Part shown: positions 1 to 11,749 of the stretch, piece after piece
How positions within the stretch are numbered: position 1 is the first letter of the stretch
How the letters are laid out: the number at the start of each line of letters is the position of its first letter
Assembly: GCF_964204645.1 (NCBI RefSeq)
Contig: NW_027437444.1
Location: 1 to 64,000, forward strand
Length of the DNA: 64,000 bases
DNA from: Tubulanus polymorphus
Lineage: Eukaryota; Animalia; Nemertea
Direction of reading: 5' to 3'
Translations under genes and position numbers: made by a program
The notes under the pieces: generated by a model
Seen by the model: only the letters and a program-made list of their open reading frames with translations
What the model was told of the DNA's origin: nothing
The model's database searches: none

Positions 1-3000
1 AAAACGACAATGTCGATGCGTAAAAGCGCTCAAATCGTCAGGAAAAGCACTTTTCGACCCGAAAACGTCGTTCAGCGCGAGAAAAGACGTTTTCGTATCA
101 AATATTCCCCCTATCGGGAAAAACGACAATGTCGATGCGTAAAAGCGCTCAAATCGTCAGGAAAAGCACTTTTCGGACCGAAAACGTCGTTCAGCGCGAG
201 AAAAGACGTTTTCGTATCAAATATTCCCCCGATCGGAAAAACGACAATGTCGATGCGTAAAAGCGCTCAAATCGTCAGGAAAAGCACTTTTCGGACCGAA
301 AACGTCGTTCAGCGCGAGAAAAGACGTTTTCGTATCAAATATTCCCCCTATCGAAAAACGACAATGTCGATGCGTAAAAGCGCTCAAATCGTCAGGAAAA
401 GCACTTTTCGACCCGAAAACGTCGTTCAGCGCGAGAAAAGACGTTTTCGTATCAAATATTCCCCCTATCGGAAAAACGACAATGTCGATGCGTAAAAGCG
501 CTCAAATCGTCAGGAAAAGCACTTTTCGACCCGAAAACGTCGTTCAGCGCGAGAAAAGACGTTTTCGTATCAAATATTCCCCCTATCGGGAAAACGACAA
601 TGTCGATGCGTAAAAGCGCTCAAATCGTCAGGAAAAGCACTTTTCGGACCGAAAACGTCGTTCAGCGCGAGAAAAGACGTTTTCGTATCAAATATTCCCC
701 CTATCGGGAAAACGACAATGTCGATGCGTAAAAGCGCTCAAATCGTCAGGAAAAGCACTTTTCGACCCGAAAACGTCGTTCAGCGCGAGAAAAGACGTTT
801 TCGTATCAAATATTCCCCCTATCGGAAAAACGACAATGTCGATGCGTAAAAGCGCTCAAATCGTCAGGAAAAGCACTTTTCGACCCGAAAACGTCGTTCA
901 GCGCGAGAAAAGACGTTTTCGTATCAAATATTCCCCCGATCGGAAAAACGACAATGTCGATGCGTAAAAGCGCTCAAATCGTCAGGAAAAGCACTTTTCG
1001 CCCCGAAAACGTCGTTCAGCGCGAGAAAAGACGTTTTCGTATCAAATATTCCCCCGATCGGAAAAACGACAATGTCGATGCGTAAAAGCGCTCAAATCGT
1101 CAGGAAAAGCACTTTTCGACCCGAAAACGTCGTTCAGCGCGAGAAAAGACGTTTTCGTATCAAATATTCCCCCTATCGGAAAAACGACAATGTCGATGCG
1201 TAAAAGCGCTCAAATCGTCAGGAAAAGCACTTTTCGGACCGAAAACGTTGTTCAGCGCGAGAAAAGACGTTTTCGTATCAAATATTCCCCCTATCGGAAA
1301 AACGACAATGTCGATGCGTAAAAGCGCTCAAATCGTCAGGAAAAGCACTTTTCGACGCGAAAACGTCGTTCAGTGCGAGAAAAGACGTTTTCGTATCAAA
1401 TATTCCCCCGATCGGAAAAACGACAATGTCGATGCGTAAAAGCGCTCAAATCGTCAGGAAAAGCACTTTTCGGACCGAAAACGTCGTTCAGCGCGAGAAA
1501 AGACGTTTTCGTATCAAATATTCCCCCTATCGAAAAAACGACAATGTCGATGCGTAAAAGCGCTCAAATCGTCAGGAAAAGCACCTTTCGACCCGAAAAC
1601 GTCGTTCAGCGCGAGAAAAGACGTTTTCGAATCAAATATTCCCCCTATCGGGAAAACGACAATGTCGATGCGTAAAAGCGCTCAAATCGTCAGGAAAAGC
1701 ACTTTTCGGACCGAAAACGTTGTTCAGCGCGAGAAAAGACGTTTTCGTATCAAATATTCCCCCTATCGGAAAAACGACAATGTCGATGCGTAAAAGCGCT
1801 CAAATCGTTAGGAAAAGCACTTTTCGACCCGAAAACGTCGTTCAGCGCGAGAAAAGACGTTTTCGTATCAAATATTCCCCCTATCGGAAAAACGACAATG
1901 TCGATGCGTAAAAGCGCTCAAATCGTCAGGAAAAGCACTTTTCGGACCGAAAACGTCGTTCAGCGCGAGAAAAGACGTTTTCGTATCAAATATTCCCCCT
2001 ATCGGGAAAACGACAATGTCGATGCGTAAAAGCGCTCAAATCGTCAGGAAAAGCACTTTTCGGACCGAAAAGGTCGTTCAGCGCGAGAAAAGACGTTTTG
2101 GTATCAAATATTCCCCCTATCGGAAAAACGACAATGTCGATGCGTAAAAGCGCTCAAATCGTCAGGAAAAGCACTTTTCGACCCGAAAACGTCGTTCAGC
2201 GCGAGAAAAGACGTTTTCGAATCAAATATTCCCCCTATCGGGAAAACGACAATGTCGATGCGTAAAAGCGCTCAAATCGTCAGGAAAAGCACTTTTCGAC
2301 CCGAAAACGTCGTTCAGCGCGAGAAAAGACGTTTTCGTATCAAATATTCCCCCTATCGGGAAAACGACAATGTCGATGCGTAAAAGCGCTCAAATCGTCA
2401 GGAAAAGCACTTTTCGGACCGAAAAGGTCGTTCAGCGCGAGAAAAGACGTTTTGGTATCAAATATTCCCCCTATCGGAAAAACGACAATGTCGATGCGTA
2501 AAAGCGCTCAAATCGTCAGGAAAAGCACTTTTCGACCCGAAAACGTCGTTCAGCGCGAGAAAAGACGTTTTCGAATCAAATATTCCCCCTATCGGGAAAA
2601 CGACAATGTCGATGCGTAAAATCGCTCAAATCGTCAGGAAAAGCACTTTTCGACCCGAAAACGTCGTTCAGCGCGAGAAAAGACGTTTTCGTATCAAATA
2701 TTCCCCCTATCGGGAAAACGACAATGTCGATGCGTAAAAGCGCTCAAATCGTCAGGAAAAGCACTTTTCGACCCGAAAACGTCGTTCAGCGCGAGAAAAG
2801 ACGTTTTCGTATCAAATATTCCCCCTATCGGAAAAACGACAATGTCGATGCGTAAAAGCGCTCAAATCGTCAGGAAAAGCACTTTTCGACCCGAAAACGT
2901 CGTTCAGCGCGAGAAAATACGTTTACGTATCAAATATTCCCCATATCGGGAAAACGACAATGTCGATGCGTAAAAGCGCTCAAATCGTCAGGAAAAGCAC

Positions 3001-6000
3001 TTTTCGACCCGAAAACGTCGTTCAGCGCGAGAAAAGACGTTTTCGTATCAAATATTCCCCCTATCGGAAAAACGACAATGTCGATGCGTAAAAGCGCTCA
3101 AATCGTCAGGAAAAGCACTTTTCGACGCGAAAACGTCGTTCAGCGCGAGAAAATACGTTTTCGTATCAAATATTCCCCCTATCGGAAAAACGACAATGTC
3201 GATGCGTAAAATCGCTCAAATCGTCAGGAAAAGCACTTTTCGACCCGAAAACGTCGTTCAGCGCGAGAAAAGACGTTTTCGTATCAAATATTCCCCCTAT
3301 CGGAAAAACGACAATGTCGATGCGTAAAAGCGCTCAAATCGTCAGGAAAAGCACTTTTCGACCCGAAAACGTCGTTCAGCGCGAGAAAATACGTTTACGT
3401 ATCAAATATTCCCCATATCGGAAAAACGACAATGTCGATGCGTAAAAGCGCTCAAATCGTCAGGAAAAGCACTTTTCGACCCGAAAACGTCGTTCAGCGC
3501 GAGAAAAGACGTTTTCGTATCAAATATTCCCCCTATCGGGAAAACGACAATGTCGATGCGTAAAAGCGCTCAAATCGTCAGGAAAAGCACTTTTCGGACC
3601 GAAAACGTCGTTCAGCGCGAGAAAAGACGTTTTCGTATCAAATATTCCCCCTATCGGAAAAACGACAATGTCGATGCGTAAAAGCGCTCAAATCGTCAGG
3701 AAAAGCACTTTTCGACGCGAAAACGTCGTTCAGCGCGAGAAAATACGTTTTCGTATCAAATATTCCCCCTATAGGAAAAACGACAATGTCGATGCGTAAG
3801 AGAGCTCAAATCGTCAGGAAAAGCACTTTTCGACGCGAAAACGTCGTTCAGTGCGAGAAAAGACGTTTTCGTATCAAATATTCCCCCTATCGGAAAAACG
3901 ACAATGTCGATGCGTAAAAGCGCTCAAATCGTCAGGAAAAGCACTTTTCGACCCGAACCCGTCGTTCAGCGCGAGAAAAGACGTTTTCGTATCAAATATT
4001 CCCCCTATCGGGAAAACGACAATGTCGATGCGTAAAAGCGCTCAAATCGTCAGGAAAAGCACTTTTCGGACCGAAAACGTTGTTCAGCGCGAGAAAAGAC
4101 GTTTTCGTATCAAATATTCCCCCCATCGGAAAAACGACAATGTCGATGCGTAAAAGCGCTCAAATCGTCAGGAAAAGCACTTTTCGACCCGAAAACGTCG
4201 TTCAGCGCGAGAAAAGACGTTTTCGAATCAAATATTCCCCCTATCGGGAAAACGACAATGTCGATGCGTAAAAGCGCTCAAATCGTCAGGAAAAGCACTT
4301 TTCGACCCGAAAACGTCGTTCAGCGCGAGAAAAGACGTTTTCGTATCAAATATTCCCCCTATCGGGAAAACGACAATGTCGATGCGTAAAAGCGCTCAAA
4401 TCGTCAGGAAAAGCACTTTTCGGACCGAAAACGTTGTTCAGCGCGAGAAAAGACGTTTTCGTATCAAATATTCCCCCCATCGGAAAAACGACAATGTCGA
4501 TGCGTAAAAGCGCTCAAATCGTCAGGAAAAGCACTTTTCGACCCGAAAACGTCGTTCAGCGCGAGAAAAGACGTTTTCGAATCAAATATTCCCCCTATCG
4601 GGAAAACGACAATGTCGATGCGTAAAAGCGCTCAAATCGTCAGGAAAAGCACTTTTCGACCCGAAAACGTCGTTCAGCGCGAGAAAAGACGTTTTCGAAT
4701 CAAATATTCCCCCTATCGGGAAAACGACAATGTCGATGCGTAAAAGCGCTCAAATCGTCAGGAAAAGCACTTTTCGACGCGAAAACGTCGTTCAGCGCGA
4801 GAAAAGACGTTTTCGTATCAAATATTCCCCCTATCGGAAAAACGACAATGTCGATGCGTAAAAGCGCTCAAATCGTCAGGAAAAGCACTTTTCGACGCGA
4901 AAACGTCATTCAGCGCGAGAAAAGACGTTTTCGTATCAAATATTCCCCCTATCGGGAAAACGACAATGTCGATGCGTAAAAGCGCTCAAATCGTCAGGAA
5001 AAGCACTTTTCGACCCGAAAACGTCGTTCAGCGCGAGAAAAGACGTTTTCGTATCAAATATTCCCCCTATCGGGAAAACGACAATGTCGATGCGTAAAAG
5101 CGCTCAAATCGTCAGGAAAAGCACTTTTCGACGCGAAAACGTCGTTCAGCGCGAGAAAATACGTTTTCGTATCAAATATTCCCCCTATCGGGAAAACGAC
5201 AATGTCGATGCGTAAAAGCGCTCAAATCGTCAGGAAAAGCACTTTTCGGACCGAAAACGTCGTTCAGCGCGAGAAAAGACGTTTTCGTATCAAATATTCC
5301 CCCTATCGGAAAAACGACAATGTCGATGCGTAAAAGCGCTCAAATCGTCAGGAAAAGCACTTTTCGACGCGAAAACGTCGTTCAGCGCGAGAAAATACGT
5401 TTTCGTATCAAATATTCCCCCTATAGGAAAAACGACAATGTCGATGCGTAAAAGCGCTCAAATCGTCAGGAAAAGCACTTTTCGGACCGAAAACGTCGTT
5501 CAGCGCGAGAAAAGACGTTTTCGTATCAAATATTCCCCCTATCGGAAAAACGACAATGTCGATGCGTAAAAGCGCTCAAATCGTCAGGAAAAGCACTTTT
5601 CGACCCGAAAACGTCGTTCAGCGCGAGAAAAGACGTTTTCGTATCAAATATTCCCCCTATCGGGAAAACGACAATGTCGATGCGTAAAAGCGCTCAAATC
5701 GTCAGGAAAAGCACTTTTCGGACCGAAAAGGTCGTTCAGCGCGAGAAAAGACGTTTTCGTATCAAATATTCCCCCTATCGGAAAAACGACAATGTCGATG
5801 CGTAAAAGCGCTCAAATCGTCAGGAAAAGCACTTTTCGACCCGAAAACGTCGTTCAGCGCGAGAAAAGACGTTTTCGAATCAAATATTCCCCCTATCGGG
5901 AAAACGACAATGTCGATGCGTAAAAGCGCTCAAATCGTCAGGAAAAGCACTTTTCGGACCGAAAACGTCGTTCAGCGCGAGAAAAGACGTTTTCGTATCA

Positions 6001-9000
6001 AATATTCCCCCTATCGGAAAAACGACAATGTCGATGCGTAAAATCGCTCAAATCGTCAGGAAAAGCACTTTTCGACCCGAAAACGTCGTTCAGCGCGAGA
6101 AAAGACGTTTTCGTATCAAATATTCCCCCTATCGGAAAAACGACAATGTCGATGCGTAAAAGCGCTCAAATCGTCAGGAAAAGCACTTTTCGACCCGAAA
6201 ACGTCGTTCAGCGCGAGAAAATACGTTTACGTATCAAATATTCCCCATATCGGAAAAACGACAATGTCGATGCGTAAAAGCGCTCAAATCGTCAGGAAAA
6301 GCACTTTTCGACCCGAAAACGTCGTTCAGCGCGAGAAAAGACGTTTTCGTATCAAATATTCCCCCTATCGGAAAAACGACAATGTCGATGCGTAAAAGCG
6401 CTCAAATCGTCAGGAAAAGCACTTTTCGACCCGAAAACGTCGTTCAGCGCGAGAAAATACGTTTACGTATCAAATATTCCCCATATCGGGAAAACGACAA
6501 TGTCGATGCGTAAAAGCGCTCAAATCGTCAGGAAAAGCACTTTTCGACCCGAAAACGTCGTTCAGCGCGAGAAAAGACGTTTTCGAATCAAATATTCCCC
6601 CTATCGGGAAAACGACAATGTCGATGCGTAAAAGCGCTCAAATCGTCAGGAGAAGCACTTTTCGGACCGAAAACGTCGTTCAGCGCGAGAAAAGACGTTT
6701 TCGTATCAAATATTCCCCCTATCGGAAAAACGACAATGTCGATGCGTAAAAGCGCTCAAATCGTCAGGAAAAGCACTTTTCGACGCGAAAACGTCGTTCA
6801 GCGCGAGAAAATACGTTTTCGTATCAAATATTCCCCCTATCGGAAAAACGACAATGTCGATGCGTAAAATCGCTCAAATCGTCAGGAAAAGCACTTTTCG
6901 ACCCGAAAACGTCGTTCAGCGCGAGAAAAGACGTTTTCGTATCAAATATTCCCCCTATCGGAAAAACGACAATGTCGATGCGTAAAAGCGCTCAAATCGT
7001 CAGGAAAAGCACTTTTCGACCCGAAAACGTCGTTCAGCGCGAGAAAATACGTTTACGTATCAAATATTCCCCATATCGGAAAAACGACAATGTCGATGCG
7101 TAAAAGCGCTCAAATCGTCAGGAAAAGCACTTTTCGACCCGAAAACGTCGTTCAGCGCGAGAAAAGACGTTTTCGTATCAAATATTCCCCCTATCGGGAA
7201 AACGACAATGTCGATGCGTAAAAGCGCTCAAATCGTCAGGAAAAGCACTTTTCGACCCGAAAACGTCGTTCAGCGCGAGAAAAGACGTTTTCGAATCAAA
7301 TATTCCCCCTATCGGGAAAACGACAATGTCGATGCGTAAAAGCGCTCAAATCGTCAGGAAAAGCACTTTTCGGACCGAAAACGTCGTTCAGCGCGAGAAA
7401 AGACGTTTTCGTATCAAATATTCCCCCTATCGGAAAAACGACAATGTCGATGCGTAAAAGCGCTCAAATCGTCAGGAAAAGCACTTTTCGACGCGAAAAC
7501 GTCGTTCAGCGCGAGAAAAGACGTTTTCGTATCAAATATTCCCCCTATCGGAAAAACGACAATGTCGATGCGTAAAAGCGCTCAAATCGTCAGGAAAAGC
7601 ACTTTTCGACGCGAAAACGTCGTTCAGCGCGAGAACAGACGTTTTCGTATCAAATATTCCCCCTATCGGGAAAACGACAATGTCGATGCGTAAAAGCGCT
7701 CAAATCGTCAGGAAAAGCACTTTTCGACCCGAAAACGTCGTTCAGCGCGAGAAAAGACGTTTTCGTATCAAATATTCCCCCTATCGGGAAAACTACAATG
7801 TCGATGCGTAGAAGCGCTCAAATCGTCAGGAAAAACACTTTTCGACGCGAAAACGTCGTTCAGCGCGAGAAAAGACGTTTTCGTATCAAATATTCCCCCT
7901 ATCGGAAAAACGACAATGTCGATGCGTAAAAGCGCTCAAATCGTCAGGAAAAGCACTTTTCGACCCGAAAACGTCGTTCAGCGCGAGAAAAGACGTTTTC
8001 GTATCAAATATTCCCCCCCCTATCGGGAAAACGACAATGTCGATGCGTAAAAGCGCTCAAATCGTCAGGAAAAGCACTTTTCGACCCGAAAACGTCGTTC
8101 AGCGCGAGAAAAGACGTTTTCGTATCAAATATTCCCCCTATCGGAAAAACGACAATGTCGATGCGTAAAAGCGCTCAAATCGTCAGGAAAAGCACTTTTC
8201 GGACCGAAAACGTTGTTCAGCGCGAGAAAAGACGTTTTCGTATCAAATATTCCCCCTATCGGAAAAACGACAATGTCGATGCGTAAAAGCGCTCAAATCG
8301 TCAGGAAAAGCACTTTTCGGACCGAAAACGTCGTTCAGCGCGAGAAAAGACGTTTTCGTATCAAATATTCCCCCTATCGAAAAAACGACAATGTCGATGC
8401 GTAAAAGCGCTCAAATCGTCAGGAAAAGCACTTTTCGACCCGAAAACGTCGTTCAGCGCGAGAAAAGACGTTTTCGTATCAAATATTCCCCCTATCGGGA
8501 AAACGACAATGTCGATGCGTAAAAGCGCTCAAATCGTCAGGAAAAGCACTTTTCGACCCGAAAACGTCGTTCAGCGCGAGAAAAGACGTTTTCGTATCAA
8601 ATATTCCCCCTATCGGGAAAACGACAATGTCGATGCGTAAAAGCGCTCAAATCGTCAGGAAAAGCACTTTTCGACCCGAAAACGTCGTTCAGCGCGAGAA
8701 AAGACGTTTTCGTATCAAATATTCCCCCTATCGGAAAAACGACAATGTCGATGCGTAAAAGCGCTCAAATCGTCAGGAAAAGCACTTTTCGGACCGAAAA
8801 CGTCGTTCAGCGCGAGAAAAGACGTTTTCGTATCAAATATTCCCCCTATCGGAAAAACGACAATGTCGATGCGTAGAAGCGCTCAAATCGTCAGGAAAAG
8901 CACTTTTCGACGCGAAAACGTCGTTCAGCGCGAGAAAAGACGTTTTCGTATCAAATATTCCCCCTATCGGAAAAACGACAATGTCGATGCGTAAAAGCGC

Positions 9001-10027
9001 TCAAATCGTCAGGAAAAGCACTTTTCGACCCGAAAACGTCGTTCAGCGCGAGAAAAGACGTTTTCGTATCAAATATTCCCCCTATCGGGAAAACGACAAT
9101 GTCGATGCGTAAAAGCGCTCAAATCGTCAGGAAAAGCACTTTTCGACCCGAAAACGTCGTTCATCGCGAGAAAAGACGTTTTCGTATCAAATATTCCCCC
9201 TATCGGGAAAACGACAATGTCGATGCGTAAAAGCGCTCAAATCGTCAGGAAAAGCACTTTTCGACCCGAAAACGTCGTTCAGCGCGAGAAAAGACGTTTT
9301 CGTATCAAATATTCCCCCTATCGGAAAAACGACAATGTCGATGCGTAAAAGCGCTCAAATCGTCAGGAAAAGCACTTTTCGGACCGAAAACGTTGTTCAG
9401 CGCGAGAAAAGACGTTTTCGTATCAAATATTCCCCCTATCGGAAAAACGACAATGTCGATGCGTAAAAGCGCTCAAATCGTCAGGAAAAGCACTTTTCGA
9501 CGCGAAAACGTCGTTCAGCGCGAGAAAAGACGTTTTCGTATCAAATATTCCCCCGATCGGAAAAACGACAATGTCGATGCGTAAAAGCGCTCAAATCGTC
9601 AGGAAAAGCACTTTTCGGACCGAAAACGTCGTTCAGCGCGAGAAAAGACGTTTTCGTATCAAATATTCCCCCTATCGGAAAAACGACAATGTCGATGCGT
9701 AAAAGCGCTCAAATCGTCAGGAAAAGCACTTTTCGACGCGAAAACGTCGTACAGCGCGAGAAAATACGTTTTCGTATCAAATATTCCCCCTATCGGAAAA
9801 ACGACAATGTCGATGCGTAAAAGCGCTCAAATCGTCAGGAAAAGCACTTTTCGACCCGAAAACGTCGTTCAGCGCGAGAAAAGACGTTTTCGTATCAAAT
9901 ATTCCCCCTATCGGAAAAACGACAATGTCGATGCGTAAAAGCGCTCAAATCGTCAGGAAAAGCACTTTTCGACCCAAAAACGTCGTTCAGCGCGAGAAAA
10001 GACGTTTTCGTATCAAATATTCCCCCT

Positions 10028-10064
10028 AAAAACGTCGTTCAGCGCGAGAAAAGACGTTTGAAAT
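10028..10064. other. Register break in the array (possible assembly seam)
   Basis: ...TTCCCCCTA jumps to AAAACGTCGTTCAGCGCGAGAAAAGACGTTT, then GAAA, then TCAAATCGTCAGG: two phase jumps within about 40 bp. Confidence 0.8.
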
Positions 10065-11749
10065 CAAATCGTCAGGAAAAGCACTTTTCGACCCGAAAAC
10101 GTCGTTCAGCGCGAGAAAAGACGTTTTCGTATCAAATATTCCCCCCTATCGGAAAAACGACAATGTCGATGCGTAAAAGCGCTCAAATCGTCAGGAAAAG
10201 CACTTTTCGACCCGAAAACGTCGTTCAGCGCGAGAAAAGACGTTTTCGTATCAAATATTCCCCCTATCGGAAAAACGACAATGTCGATGCGTAAAAGCGC
10301 TCAAATCGTCAGGAAAAGCACTTTTCGACCCGAAAACGTCGTTCAGCGCGAGAAAAGACGTTTTCGTATCAAATATTCCCCCTATCGGAAAACGACAATG
10401 TCGATGCGTAAAAGCGCTCAAATCGTCAGGAAAAGCACTTTTCGACCCGAAAACGTCGTTCAGCGCGAGAAAAAGACGTTTTCGTATCAAATATTCCCCT
10501 ATCGGAAAAACGACAATGTCGATGCGTAAAAGCGCTCAAATCGTCAGGAAAAGCACTTTTCGACCCGAAAACGTCGTTCAGCGCGAGAAAAGACGTTTTC
10601 GTATCAAATATTCCCCCTATCGGAAAAACGACAATGTCGATGCGTAAAAGCGCTCAAATCGTCAGGAAAAGCACTTTTCGACCCGAAAACGTCGTTCAGC
10701 GCGAGAAAAGACGTTTTCGTATCAAATATTCCCCCTATCGGAAAAACGACAATGTCGATGCGTAAAAGCGCTCAAATCGTCAGGAAAAGCACTTTTCGAC
10801 CCGAAAACGTCGTTCAGCGCGAGAAAAGACGTTTTCGTATCAAATATTCCCCCTATCGGAAAAACGACAATGTCGATGCGTAAAAGCGCTCAAATCGTCA
10901 GGAAAAGCACTTTTCGACCCGAAAACGTCGTTCAGCGCGAGAAAAGACGTTTTCGTATCAAATATTCCCCCTATCGGAAAAACGACAATGTCGATGCGTA
11001 AAAGCGCTCAAATCGTCAGGAAAAGCACTTTTCGACCGAAAACGTCGTTCAGCGCGAGAAAAGACGTTTTCGTATCAAATATTCCCCCTATCGGAAAAAC
11101 GACAATGTCGATGCGTAAAAGCGCTCAAATCGTCAGGAAAAGCACTTTTCGACCCGAAAACGTCGTTCAGCGCGAGAAAAGACGTTTTCGTATCAAATAT
11201 TCCCCCTATCGGAAAAACGACAATGTCGATGCGTAAAAGCGCTCAAATCGTCAGGAAAAGCACTTTTCGGACCCGAAAACGTCGTTCAGCGCGAGAAAAG
11301 ACGTTTTCGTATCAAATATTCCCCCTATCGGAAAAACGACAATGTCGATGCGTAAAAGCGCTCAAATCGTCAGGAAAAGCACTTTTCGACCGAAAACGTC
11401 GTTCAGCGCGAGAAAAGACGTTTTCGTATCAAATATTCCCCCTATCGGAAAAACGACAATGTCGATGCGTAAAAGCGCTCAAATCGTCAGGAAAAGCACT
11501 TTTCGGACCCGAAAACGTCGTTCAGCGCGAGAAAAGACGTTTTCGTATCAAATATTCCCCCTATCGGGAAAACGACAATGTCGATGCGTAAAAGCGCTCA
11601 AATCGTCAGGAAAAGCACTTTTCGACCCGAAAACGTCGTTCAGCGCGAGAAAAGACGTTTTCGTATCAAATATTCCCCCTATCGGGAAAACGACAATGTC
11701 GATGCGTAAAAGCGCTCAAATCGTCAGGAAAAGCACTTTTCGGACCGAA

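Noticed and set aside
1-118. 5S rRNA or tRNA tandem array (unit length close to 5S)
   Set aside because: No recognisable 5S sequence, internal control region or cloverleaf, and no spacer between units.
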